Assembly: GCA_964550205.1 (NCBI GenBank)
Contig: CAZJYD010000009.1
Location: forward strand, 1-63,143
Origin: an uncultured Bacteroidales bacterium
GTDB taxonomy: Bacteria; Bacteroidota; Bacteroidia; Bacteroidales; JAIOZK01
Direction of reading: 5' to 3'
DNA: 63,143 bases
The position numbers and the translations under genes are program-made. Below, one piece after another: positions 1 through 9,942 of this stretch. Position 1 is the first letter of the stretch, and each line of letters begins with the position of its first letter. The notes beneath the pieces were generated by a model. The model was not told where the DNA came from, ran no database searches, and saw only the letters and a list, made by a program, of their open reading frames with translations.

Positions 1-402
1 TGGCTCGTGGGGCTTTGGCAATGTGTGCAATGTGGGTGGGGTTTCCTTCTTTTTTTTGCGGGGGGGAAGAAAAGAACAAAATAAATTTCCATCAAATTTG
101 CACTGTCCTGTCAAAAAGCTAAATCCTTTCTATTTTCAATTTATCACTAACGTATCTGTCTGCTCGTCTGTCTTTTTACACTTGTTGCCAACATAAGAGC
201 ATAAACCATTGTTTTTATTTCGCATATACCCGGAGTAAAAGGTGTTCTTTACATGCTAATATGGAATGTATAACACACCTTTTAATAAGGCTTGTCAATG
301 ATCTAATTCATTGCATTCAAATATCAAAAATATAAATAATAGCCTAAAAATGAAAAAATTTTTAGGTGGTTGATGGAAGGAAGTATAAAATTAAGCTGAA
401 AG

Positions 403-446
403 ATCGGTGATCGGTAATCAGTTATCGGTGATAGGTGTGATCGGTT
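403..446. repeat. Degenerate heptamer tandem repeat (ATCGGTG-like, 6 units)
   Basis: Units atcggtg/atcggta/atcagtt/atcggtg/ataggtg/(tg)atcggtt read directly. Confidence 0.7.
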
Positions 447-616
447 GACAATTTCAACTGAATGACGATTGAATTATGACTGAATTTCCATGAATGAATA
501 TTTCTTTTTGTATTTACAGCTAAACCAACAAACCATTGCCGGTGCTCGTTTTCAACAAGTGCCGGATAGTATTGCGTTTTAAACGCGAATTTATCAGACA
601 CGCGCCAGCAAAAGGA

Positions 617-1981
617 TTATGTATTCAATATCTTGATTAATTCATCAGAGTCTAATTGTTTCTGCTTGCCGGTTTTCATGTCTTTTAGATTCATCTTGCC
701 CGATTTGATTTCTTTTGTGCCAACGAGAATAACAAATGGAATATTCTTTTTATCGGCATAAGCCATTTGTTTTTTCATTTTAACCGGGTCGGGATATATT
801 TCTGCATTGATGCCTTTATTGCGTAATTTTGAAAGATATGGAAGGCAAAACCTGGCCTCTTCTTCACCGAAATTAACAAACATTACCTGTGTGGATGATT
901 CAAGCTGCTCAGGAAAAAGTTTCATTTCTTTCATTACATCATAAATTCTGTCGGCACCAAAAGAAATACCAACCCCCGAAACATCAGGTAAGCCGAATAT
1001 GCCTGTAAGGTTGTCGTATCTTCCTCCACCACAAATACTTCCTATGGGTATTTCTTTTGAAACAACTTCAATTATTGCCCCGGTATAGTAATCCAGGCCG
1101 CGTGCAAGGCTGAGGTCAAAACTGAATTTTGATTTTATATCAAGGTCTTTTAAATATCTCATCAAGGTCATGCATTCATTAACACCTTCGGTTCCTGTCT
1201 TTGACTCCTTTAGAATTTCGGTTAATTGTGGAAATACTTCTTTAAGTTTGCCCTTCAGCATCAAAATAGATCTGAGCTTATCTGTTGCATTGACTGAAAC
1301 ACCTTTATTTTTGATTTCGGCAATTACTTCATCCAATCCTATTTTTTCCAGTTTGTCAATGGCAGTGGTTATTTCGGTAAACTTATCCGATTCACCGATT
1401 ATTTCGGTAATCCCATTAAGTATTTTCCGGTTGTTTATTTTAATTATTGATTCAATTTTCAGTTTTTCAAAAACCTCATCAATGATCTGTATAAGCTCCA
1501 CTTCATTTAACAAGGAATTACTTCCGATCACATCCACATCGCACTGATAAAATTCGCGGTACCTTCCTTTCTGGGGCTTATCTGCACGCCATACAGGTTG
1601 TATCTGATATCTCTTGAAAGGAAATGTTATGTCATGACGGTTCTGTACCACATATCTTGCAAATGGCACAGTTAGATCAAAACGTAATCCTTTTTCTGCA
1701 ATTAAAGGTGTGAGCTTGTGAATATTTTGCCTTGATACTTCTTCAGGATTAACATTTTTTAAATAATCGCCTGAGTTAAGAACTTTGAAAAGCATTTTAT
1801 CTCCTTCTTCTCCATATTTTCCGAGAAGTGTTGAAAGGCTTTCCATTGCAGGTGTTTCAATCGGAAGGTAACAATAATGTTGAAATATACTGCGGATGAT
1901 GTCAAATATATAATTTCTCCTGACTGTTTCGACCGGAGAAAAATCTCTCATTCCTTTAGGTGCGGAGGGTTTTTGTGTCAT
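617..1981 (-). CDS. hisS: Histidine--tRNA ligase
   Basis: PKGMRDF start, LRFDLTVPFAR, RYREFYQCDVD, LARGLDYYTG, GGGRYDNL motifs. Confidence 0.97.
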   Translation of the reverse strand: MTQKPSAPKGMRDFSPVETVRRNYIFDIIRSIFQHYCYLPIETPAMESLSTLLGKYGEEGDKMLFKVLNSGDYLKNVNPEEVSRQNIHKLTPLIAEKGLRFDLTVPFARYVVQNRHDITFPFKRYQIQPVWRADKPQKGRYREFYQCDVDVIGSNSLLNEVELIQIIDEVFEKLKIESIIKINNRKILNGITEIIGESDKFTEITTAIDKLEKIGLDEVIAEIKNKGVSVNATDKLRSILMLKGKLKEVFPQLTEILKESKTGTEGVNECMTLMRYLKDLDIKSKFSFDLSLARGLDYYTGAIIEVVSKEIPIGSICGGGRYDNLTGIFGLPDVSGVGISFGADRIYDVMKEMKLFPEQLESSTQVMFVNFGEEEARFCLPYLSKLRNKGINAEIYPDPVKMKKQMAYADKKNIPFVILVGTKEIKSGKMNLKDMKTGKQKQLDSDELIKILNT

Positions 1982-2016
1982 ATTTTATTTTTGAATTAAG
2001 TCTTTGATATTTGGTG

Positions 2017-2024
2017 CAAAGGTA
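2017..2024 (-). promoter_or_regulatory. Bacteroidota sigma-A -7 element (TACCTTTG) upstream of hisS
   Basis: Matches TAnnTTTG consensus 35 nt upstream of the start. Confidence 0.6.
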
Positions 2025-2038
2025 GCAGAAATAAATAT

Positions 2039-2512
2039 TTAATCAATATTGAGCTTGTTAAGAACAGTCCTGTTAAATTCAACAGCATATATGCTTCCCT
2101 CGTCAGGAGCCCATGTTGCAAATTCTTTATCAGCATCAGGATCATAAGGTCCGTCTTTTACTTCGTAATAAACCGTACCGGGTTCAAGGCATATGATAGA
2201 ATGCCATTTTCCAGGTTGAACTTCTGCACCATAGTTTCCTTTTGATCGATCTACCAATATATGGTCTGTTATGTTACCTTCATTATCATATTCCACAATA
2301 ACCATTTTACCTTTAATAATTATGAATGCTTCCCTTTTATCAGGATTTTCATGTTTGTGAGGTTGAATATATGTTTCCGGCTCCAAAGCATTTAACATTC
2401 TCTGAAGCTTATCCCCGGGTTCTTTATGGAAATTATAATTCTTTCGCTTTCTGGCAGATTGTTTTGCTGCAAAAGAAATTTTTTTAATGAGCTTATCATT
2501 AATATGTATCAT
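2039..2512 (-). CDS. WbuC-family cupin-fold metalloprotein
   Basis: RKRKNYNFH, LQRMLNALEPETYIQPHKH, WHS, YEVKDGPY motifs. Confidence 0.85.
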   Translation of the reverse strand: MIHINDKLIKKISFAAKQSARKRKNYNFHKEPGDKLQRMLNALEPETYIQPHKHENPDKREAFIIIKGKMVIVEYDNEGNITDHILVDRSKGNYGAEVQPGKWHSIICLEPGTVYYEVKDGPYDPDADKEFATWAPDEGSIYAVEFNRTVLNKLNID

Positions 2513-2577
2513 AGATAGTTTGTAAAGATTTTTAATATATTTAAGATGTATTAAGATTAAAATTAAAAAAATTCTTA

Positions 2578-3744
2578 TCAGGTATGGTGCATTAGCCTTT
2601 CGAGCCTGGCAGTTGCGCTTTCCCAGTTATATTTTTTCATAACAAACTTATAACCGTTTTCAGCGATTTTATAGGCAAATTCCCGATCGTCCAATAGTTT
2701 TAAAATACTATCTGCATATTCTTCAGCAGTTTCACATACAAGTATTTCCTTATTGTTTCTGGCATTTAATGCATTATTGGCCAAATGAGATGTTATGCAA
2801 GGTATTTTCATTGCCATAGCTTCAAGCAGCTTATTTTGCAGGCCGGTCCCGATTTGCATTGGTGCAATAAATATTTTAGCGCTGGCATAGCTTTCCCTGA
2901 TATCATCTACCCAGCCTGTTATATCAATGTTTTTCGAAGATACTGCTTTTACCCGCTTGTCAGGATTAGCACCTGAAATAAGCACTTTAATATTGGGTTT
3001 ATCCTTTTTAACAATAGGAATTATTTTTTTAGCAATAAATTCAACGCTGTTCACATTTGGTGGATAAGCCATGTTGCCGGTGAAAACAATGTCATGTTTT
3101 TTATCACTCTCCATTGGTTTGTAAAAGTCAGTATCGACACCATTAATGATTATTTCAATTTGATTTTTCCTTGGATGAGGTATTAAATCCCTGTCGGGTT
3201 CTGATATTATAGTACAGTTGTTGAAATAGTCGAAAATATGGTTTTCATATTGGAGGAGCCTTTTATACTCAAGTTTAAGAAAAGGTTTGAAGTACCAGGG
3301 TGATACTTTGATTCTTCTTTGTGCTCCCTTGGAAAAAACATCCTGATAATCCAGGGTCTTCGGGATTCTTTGATGCTTAATATACTCTGCTGTCCGAACT
3401 AATTGACAATAGAGATGATCAGGTTGGTTTTCCTTTATAAGAAGCTTAATTTTTTTTTGAGCTTTTCTACTGTAAAAATAACCTATTTGTAAAGGTTTTC
3501 CAGACAGATAAGCTTTAATTGTATTAACTATCCTGCAAAACCAGCTAAGATCAATAAATGTTACAGAATTGATATATGGTTGAACAGCCTGAAATGCACC
3601 CTGTTTATTGACTTTTGTGTCATTCAGGGCGCATAAAATAATTTCATTATTCTTTGAAAGATATTTTATATGATTAAAGGCTCTGAGTTTATCTCCTTTT
3701 TCCAGCGGATAAGGGATTCTTGGTAATAATATGAAAATCTTCAT
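2578..3744 (-). CDS. Glycosyltransferase family 4
   Basis: PYPLEKGDKLR N-terminus; GTGLQNKLLEAMAM GT-B motif. Confidence 0.9.
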   Translation of the reverse strand: MKIFILLPRIPYPLEKGDKLRAFNHIKYLSKNNEIILCALNDTKVNKQGAFQAVQPYINSVTFIDLSWFCRIVNTIKAYLSGKPLQIGYFYSRKAQKKIKLLIKENQPDHLYCQLVRTAEYIKHQRIPKTLDYQDVFSKGAQRRIKVSPWYFKPFLKLEYKRLLQYENHIFDYFNNCTIISEPDRDLIPHPRKNQIEIIINGVDTDFYKPMESDKKHDIVFTGNMAYPPNVNSVEFIAKKIIPIVKKDKPNIKVLISGANPDKRVKAVSSKNIDITGWVDDIRESYASAKIFIAPMQIGTGLQNKLLEAMAMKIPCITSHLANNALNARNNKEILVCETAEEYADSILKLLDDREFAYKIAENGYKFVMKKYNWESATARLERLMHHT

Positions 3745-3776
3745 TATTTGATATTCTGCTTATCTTTTTTCAAAAC

Positions 3777-4970
3777 TCATAAAATTTCCTGATAAAAATC
3801 AATTAATCGTTTTATAATTTTTTTATTGTTATGCTCTTCGTATATCAAATCATGTGCATTATTGCCTACTGATATAACGAAATCAGAGCTTTCAACACAT
3901 TTGCTGATCTCCTGTAAATATTCTTCTGCAGTTTCAGCAATTAAAATATTTTTATTATGTGTATAATTAATTCCTTCTGCTCCAATGCTCGTCGAAATAA
4001 CTGCTTTGCCAAGAGCCATTCCTTCGATGATTTTTATTCTTATTCCGCTTCCCGAAAATAAAGGAACGATCATAATTGCCTTAGAATTGATAAACTCATA
4101 TGCGTCATCCACTTCCCCCACAACTTGTAAATTGGGAATTTTTGAGTTTGTGAGCCAATCTGGCATTTCTCTTCCTGCAAGGTAGAATGAAAGAACAGGA
4201 TACTTTTTATGAACTTCCGGCCAAACATTATGTAAAAACCATCTGATACCTTCAATATTGGGGATCCAGTTCATAGCTCCTATGTGGAAAAGGGATGGGA
4301 ATTCATAGTCTTTTAATGGTTTAGGGAACTTATTGGTATCAATACCAAATGATATATCTTTTATTGGAGTTGAGGTATATTTTTGTAAAATCTCACCATC
4401 TCTTTTAGTAATAGTTGCTATGCCGTCAAATCTTTCAAGTGAAGATATTTCGAATTTCTTGAGTGTTTTTTGTAAATGGTTCAGATATAGTTTTTTTAGT
4501 GGATTTTTAGTTATCCGGGTTATTCTTTGCCATATTAAATGCTCTATATTATGCGCCCGCAGGATGATTTTGGCATCAGAGTGTTTTCTAATAACATCAA
4601 TATACGGAGTAATAAATAAAGTTTCAAACTGGATTATATCGAATTGGTTTTCCCTGAGAATCTTGACAAGTCGTTTTTTTAATGTTTTTGAAATAAAACG
4701 TTGTACATGATAAGATTTACCCGTAAATATATTCAAAAAAGCATCAATGGGTTTTATCGAGAGATCAATATATTCAAGCTCAATGTTGGTCTTTTTACGA
4801 TAGTTTTCAGGTATTTGATCAAAAGAAATGTAATACTTATTTGTATTAATGGCAAGAACCTTGAGTTTGCAATTTGTTTGCAATAGCCCTTCTATAATTG
4901 CATTCATGGCAATCGGACCTCCCTCTTTGGGAGGATAAGGTGATTTATTGCAAATCAGAAGAATGTTCAT
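3777..4970 (-). CDS. Glycosyltransferase family 4
   Basis: PYPPKEGG, HNIEH, SGSGIRIKIIEGMALG motifs; 4-bp overlap with upstream gene. Confidence 0.9.
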   Translation of the reverse strand: MNILLICNKSPYPPKEGGPIAMNAIIEGLLQTNCKLKVLAINTNKYYISFDQIPENYRKKTNIELEYIDLSIKPIDAFLNIFTGKSYHVQRFISKTLKKRLVKILRENQFDIIQFETLFITPYIDVIRKHSDAKIILRAHNIEHLIWQRITRITKNPLKKLYLNHLQKTLKKFEISSLERFDGIATITKRDGEILQKYTSTPIKDISFGIDTNKFPKPLKDYEFPSLFHIGAMNWIPNIEGIRWFLHNVWPEVHKKYPVLSFYLAGREMPDWLTNSKIPNLQVVGEVDDAYEFINSKAIMIVPLFSGSGIRIKIIEGMALGKAVISTSIGAEGINYTHNKNILIAETAEEYLQEISKCVESSDFVISVGNNAHDLIYEEHNNKKIIKRLIDFYQEIL

Positions 4971-6397
4971 TGTTTATTTGGCTTTTTAAGAATTTTATTT
5001 AAAAACTTAATCCATGAATCTGTATCCATCAGTGGTGAATCGGTTGTAGCTTTATAAGTTAAAAATATGCCAAGAGGTAATAATACCGCCGAAGAGATCC
5101 ACATACCGATATAAGGTTGTACTACATCTTCTTTTACATATTTTTCACCGGTTATTGATAATACATGAAATAATATAAAAAATATCGCTGACATTACTAC
5201 CGGTAGCCCTAATCCTCCTTTTCTGATAATTGCACCCAGAGGAGCTCCTATGAAAAACAAAACGAAACATGCAAACGACAGTGTAAATTTTTTGTGCCAT
5301 ACCACCTCATGTTTAAGAATAAGTTTCTTATCTGATTGCAAAGCGTCTTTATTATAGGTAATTGATTTTTTCAGGCTTTTAGCTGCATTAATAGCAAAAT
5401 CTAATATTCGTTTCTGATCGAAGGTTTTGAAGTTTTTAAGGAATTCACCCTTCATATCATTTATAGTGTCTTTTTTATTTGTTTTTATGGTATCCGATTG
5501 GGAATAGAACCTGTAATTGTTTTTGAATTTATCCCTGAACTTTTTTTGTTTATCTTCCAGTTTAGATCTAAGAGAATCTATTGATTTATTAAGCTGTTGT
5601 ACGTTAAGCATAGCATAATGATCTTTAAATAGCTCCTCATTTGTTCTGCTCAGTTCAAATGACTTAAGATCGAAACGGCGGATTTCTTCCCTGAAATATG
5701 TTCTCTCAAAAGGTTTTGTTTCCCTGTAGCCTCTTTGATCCACTTTGTCCTTATAATTATATCCATTATACAATGTAAAGATTATATATCTCCCATCTGC
5801 TGAGGATTCCATTTTACCTGATTCTGCTGATGTTACATCGATATTCCCCATTGACTCCTTATGGTTGTATATTAATACATCCTTAATATGTATTCCGTCT
5901 TTTTCTTTTTTACCGATACGTATAGTATAATCTTCAAGACCATGGTAAAAAATGCCTTCCTTAATATTGAAAGCAAGCTTTTTCCGTTTTATATCGTATA
6001 GCAATGATCTGAATTTCAAATTAGATACTGGAAGCACATTATTGGAAAAGTAAAATGCAAACATGCTTATGAGTATTGTTAAGATTATAAGCGGTCTCAT
6101 TATTTTCCAAAGTGATACTCCTGCAGCTTTCATTGCAACTAATTCATAGTGCTCTCCTAGGTTACCAATAGTCATTAGTGAAGACAGCAAAATTGCAAGT
6201 GGCAATGCCAGAGGAACGAAAGTTGCCGAGGCATAAAAAAGTAATTCTGCTATAAGGTACCATTGTAAGCCTTTGCCAACCAAGTCATCAACATATTTCC
6301 ACAGAAATTGCATATCAAGTATGAAAAGGGCGATAAAGAATGTCATCACCAAAGGCCCAAGATAAGATTGAAGTACCAGGATATATATTTTTTTCAC
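4967..6397 (-). CDS. LptF/LptG family LPS export permease
   Basis: MQFLWKYVDDLVGKG, GEHYELVAMKAAGVS, GAPLGAIIRKGG; GTG start at 6397 preferred because a TATATTTG promoter element (6416-6423) covers the track's TTG start. Confidence 0.9.
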   Translation of the reverse strand: MKKIYILVLQSYLGPLVMTFFIALFILDMQFLWKYVDDLVGKGLQWYLIAELLFYASATFVPLALPLAILLSSLMTIGNLGEHYELVAMKAAGVSLWKIMRPLIILTILISMFAFYFSNNVLPVSNLKFRSLLYDIKRKKLAFNIKEGIFYHGLEDYTIRIGKKEKDGIHIKDVLIYNHKESMGNIDVTSAESGKMESSADGRYIIFTLYNGYNYKDKVDQRGYRETKPFERTYFREEIRRFDLKSFELSRTNEELFKDHYAMLNVQQLNKSIDSLRSKLEDKQKKFRDKFKNNYRFYSQSDTIKTNKKDTINDMKGEFLKNFKTFDQKRILDFAINAAKSLKKSITYNKDALQSDKKLILKHEVVWHKKFTLSFACFVLFFIGAPLGAIIRKGGLGLPVVMSAIFFILFHVLSITGEKYVKEDVVQPYIGMWISSAVLLPLGIFLTYKATTDSPLMDTDSWIKFLNKILKKPNKQ

Positions 6398-6532
6398 TAC
6401 TATATTTATTTGATGCAAATATACTTACTATAACGAAATATGTTGAGTGTTCTGATGAAACCTAAATTTTTTCTTGAACTATCACAGAATAAAAATAATC
6501 ATACATTTGCAGGATATTAAAATATTAAACCT

Positions 6533-7702
6533 ATGCACATTGAAGAAGTACTTGATAAAAAAACCAGGAAGAAGTTTTTAGATGTACCGCGAATCCTTTA
6601 TAAAAATAATCCATACTGGGTTTGCCCACTCGATTCTGCGATTGAAAAAGTTTTTGACCCAAAGAGGAATGTGTTTTTTGAACATGGTAATGCAACACGT
6701 TGGATATTGATTGATGATAACAAAAAATTGATTGGCAGGGTTGCAGCCTTTATTAATGAAAAAAAAGCGTATAATTATAAACAACCTACCGGAGGAATGG
6801 GATTTTTTGAATGCATAAATGACAAAAAAGCTGCATTTATGCTTTTTGATAAGTGCAAGGAGTGGCTTCAGGAAAGAGGTATGGAAGCAATGGATGGACC
6901 AATTAATTTTGGCGAGAATGATAATTTCTGGGGCATGCTGGTAGAAGGATTTGATATGCCTCCAATGCATGGCATGAATTATAATTTCAAGTATTACAAA
7001 GATTTATTTGAAGCATACGGATTTAAACCATACTTTGCACAAAATACCAATCATCTGGATTTAACAGTTCCTTTTCCTGAAAGATTCTGGAGAATTGCTG
7101 AGAGAATAGGAGAACAACCTGGTTATTCTTTCAGGCATTTTGAATATTCACAAGCGGAAAAATTTGTAAATGATCTAAAACAAGTTTATGATGAAGCCTG
7201 GATTCATCATGAAAATTTTACACCTATTAATAAAAAGGATATTTGGGTTTCTTTGAAACAGGCGAAACCTATTCTGATAGAGGAGTTTATTTGGTTTGCT
7301 TATCATTATGAAAGACCTATAGCATTTTTAGTTATGTTTCCTGATGTCAATGAACTAATCAAGCATTTTAATGGCAAAATGAATCTTATAAATAAAATTC
7401 ATTTTCTGATTTTGAAAAAACGAAAAGTACACACCCAAACCCGAATTACAATAATGGGCGTGACACCCGATTTCCAGAAAAAGGGTGTGGAATCAGGTAT
7501 ATTCTGGTATATGGATAAGGTAATGCGCAAGTGGCCTAAAATTAAGACTGTTGAAATGTCCTGGGTAGGAGATTTTAACCCGAAAATGCAGGCTATACAT
7601 AAAGCTGTTGGGGGAAAGCTTGTAAAGAAACACGTTACTTTCAGAAAACAATTTACTAAGGAAGACACTCAGACATACTATCGTAAAATACCAATTGGAT
7701 AG
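6533..7702 (+). CDS. GNAT-family (YghO-like) N-acetyltransferase
   Basis: GRVAAF, GGMGFFECIND, MGVTPDFQKKGV acetyl-CoA motif A; TACATTTG promoter element at 6502-6509. Confidence 0.75.
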   Translation: MHIEEVLDKKTRKKFLDVPRILYKNNPYWVCPLDSAIEKVFDPKRNVFFEHGNATRWILIDDNKKLIGRVAAFINEKKAYNYKQPTGGMGFFECINDKKAAFMLFDKCKEWLQERGMEAMDGPINFGENDNFWGMLVEGFDMPPMHGMNYNFKYYKDLFEAYGFKPYFAQNTNHLDLTVPFPERFWRIAERIGEQPGYSFRHFEYSQAEKFVNDLKQVYDEAWIHHENFTPINKKDIWVSLKQAKPILIEEFIWFAYHYERPIAFLVMFPDVNELIKHFNGKMNLINKIHFLILKKRKVHTQTRITIMGVTPDFQKKGVESGIFWYMDKVMRKWPKIKTVEMSWVGDFNPKMQAIHKAVGGKLVKKHVTFRKQFTKEDTQTYYRKIPIG

Positions 7703-7847
7703 AGATTTTTTAGTTTCATACAGATGGTAGTGACAAAGAATTTGTTTATCTGCAAAATACAATGTATTTTTGATAAATATTAAGATTTTTTTAAATTTGT
7801 AGTAATATTATATTTGAGAACATTAATCTAAACTAAAAACATTTATT

Positions 7848-9689
7848 ATGAAAAAATTTACATTTTTAATTGTAAGTATGTTTTTTGTAATTGGCATACT
7901 TGCTCAGGACAATACACAAAGAAAAGAATTGCTTTGTGTACCTTCAGCAGGGGCTATTGATGATGCACCTGCTGTTCAAAAAGAGTTTCCGGATTTTACA
8001 AGAACCAAGACAATTTTTGACGAAGACATTGTAATTGGGGAAACAAGGTATGATTTACAAACAAATTCTGCTATTCAGAACAGGATTTGGGCTTATGATG
8101 ATGGCACAATGGCTGCTGTCTGGACTATGGGATTTTCAGACCCGACTTTCCCCGGAAGAGGAACAGGTTATAATTATTATGATGGTTCTGATTGGGGTCC
8201 AATACCCGATGAAAGAATTCAGTCGGTAAGATGCGGGTGGCCTGCTTATGCACCATTTGGTGAAAATGGGGAGATAACTGTATCCCACAGTGCTGATAAT
8301 ACACTGATTTTTAACTGGCGTGAAAACAAAGGTGAAGGTGCATGGAATGAGTTTGAATTTGAAGGTCCTGAAGGATCTGCTGGTCTGTTATGGCCCAGAA
8401 TGGTAACTTCAGGTCCAAATCATGACACCATACATCTTATAGCTATAACAGTACCTACAGGCAATGGCGGTACAATTTATGAAGGAATGGACGGAGCGCT
8501 GCTTTATTCGCGTTCGGTAGATGGTGGAACTACATGGGATCCTGAGAACCAACTTATCCCTGAAATTAACAGCGATTATTTTGATGCAATTGGGGCTGAT
8601 GCCTATTCATGGGCACATCCTAATGCCGGTAAACTGGCTTTTGTTGTTAATGGTTCAGTGAGAGATGGTGTTGTTGTTTATTCCGAAGATGGAGGGGATA
8701 ACTGGGACAGAATGGAATTTTATGAATTTCCCTGGGGCGGTACTCCACCGGATGAAACAATGAGGTTTGGTGCTACCGATGGTGCCCTGGCAGTGGGAAT
8801 AGATAATAATGGCAAGATACATGTTGTCGCAGGAAGAATGTGCTGGAGGCTTGAAGGAGGCGGTCGTTATTATTACCCATATAGTAATGGTTTGCTCTAT
8901 TGGAATGAAGATATGGATCCAATGGATACAGTATTGGTTGAAGGATCAAGTGTATATCTTGTACCACAGCAATTGGAAGATGAAGGTTATCTGATCGATA
9001 AGGTTTCAGACCCAATTGATTCACTGGCTGCAGATGTTACAAGAGCTTATGAAACAAGCATTACATCGGAACCAAGGATAGTATTTGATGAATTTAATAA
9101 TATCATTGTAACCTATCAAAAGCTTGCACCTGGCTTTGTTAGTGGTGATTTCAATTACAGGCATATATGGAAGGCATGGTCATTCGATAATGGTGCAACA
9201 TGGGAATATAAAGAAGATTTAACGGATGATATTTATCATATGTTTTCAGAATGTTCTTTCCCATCAACTGCACCCTTAATACAAAATGATCTTATACATT
9301 GTGTCTATCAAACCAGTACTTCACCCGGGTTAGCAATTGGCGCAAATGCAGACCATGAGTATATCGATAATAATATGGTGTATTTGCCCATCGGCATTAA
9401 TGTTGGCATGGAAGAAAATACTGTAAATGATATTAAGTATGTTTCACAAAATTACCCGAATCCGTTTACAAACCAATCAATGGTGCAGGTAAACACTTCA
9501 TCAAAAGCAAATCTAAAGATGGTCATAAATAATATTATTGGTAAGCAGATTGCAGTAATTGATAAAGGTAAAGTTGATGCTGGTACTCATTATTTTACTA
9601 TTGATGGAAATAATTTGCCTGGCGGAGTGTATTTCTATACCATATTATCAGGCAATAATTCAGTAACGAAAAAAATGATTGTTGAATAA
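7848..9689 (+). CDS. Secreted Asp-box (BNR) repeat protein with T9SS type A C-terminal sorting domain, paralog 1
   Basis: Signal peptide; SVDGGTTW, SEDGGDNW, SFDNGATW Asp-boxes; QNYPNPF...GVYFY...KKMIVE CTD. Confidence 0.85.
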   Translation: MKKFTFLIVSMFFVIGILAQDNTQRKELLCVPSAGAIDDAPAVQKEFPDFTRTKTIFDEDIVIGETRYDLQTNSAIQNRIWAYDDGTMAAVWTMGFSDPTFPGRGTGYNYYDGSDWGPIPDERIQSVRCGWPAYAPFGENGEITVSHSADNTLIFNWRENKGEGAWNEFEFEGPEGSAGLLWPRMVTSGPNHDTIHLIAITVPTGNGGTIYEGMDGALLYSRSVDGGTTWDPENQLIPEINSDYFDAIGADAYSWAHPNAGKLAFVVNGSVRDGVVVYSEDGGDNWDRMEFYEFPWGGTPPDETMRFGATDGALAVGIDNNGKIHVVAGRMCWRLEGGGRYYYPYSNGLLYWNEDMDPMDTVLVEGSSVYLVPQQLEDEGYLIDKVSDPIDSLAADVTRAYETSITSEPRIVFDEFNNIIVTYQKLAPGFVSGDFNYRHIWKAWSFDNGATWEYKEDLTDDIYHMFSECSFPSTAPLIQNDLIHCVYQTSTSPGLAIGANADHEYIDNNMVYLPIGINVGMEENTVNDIKYVSQNYPNPFTNQSMVQVNTSSKANLKMVINNIIGKQIAVIDKGKVDAGTHYFTIDGNNLPGGVYFYTILSGNNSVTKKMIVE

Positions 9690-9720
9690 TAAAAAAAAGA
9701 TTAAGAATTAGAAAGACTTC

Positions 9721-9895
9721 AGAGGTTGTGCAATCAAGCATAATATTGAATCCAAGAACTGCAGCAATTGTTGGAAGTAAATAGTTTGAAAAACTTTATG
9801 TATTTTTGCTGCAGTAGAAAGATTATAAGTGCGGAGATTTAGAAAATTAATCGGATATGAATTATGGATTGAATAGGTTTGATTGCACAATCTTT
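9721..9895 (+). other. Nested inverted-repeat element (candidate structured RNA or invertible promoter)
   Basis: Arms 9721-9754 and 9865-9895 with perfect core TTGTGCAATCAA/TTGATTGCACAA; inner ACTGCAGCAA/TTGCTGCAGT pair. Confidence 0.55.
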
Positions 9896-9942
9896 TTATT
9901 TAAAATGAAAAATAATTAAAGTTTAACTAAAAAAAAAGAATT

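Noticed and set aside
403-500. Possible CRISPR array
   Set aside because: Units are 7-8 bp with no unique spacers, and there are no cas genes in the window
7745-7777. Imperfect palindrome upstream of the first T9SS gene
   Set aside because: Very AT-rich and imperfect; cannot be distinguished from chance
9721-9895. Calling the element 6S RNA
   Set aside because: Size fits, but the central bubble is strongly asymmetric and no sequence motif could be confirmed; kept as an unnamed element
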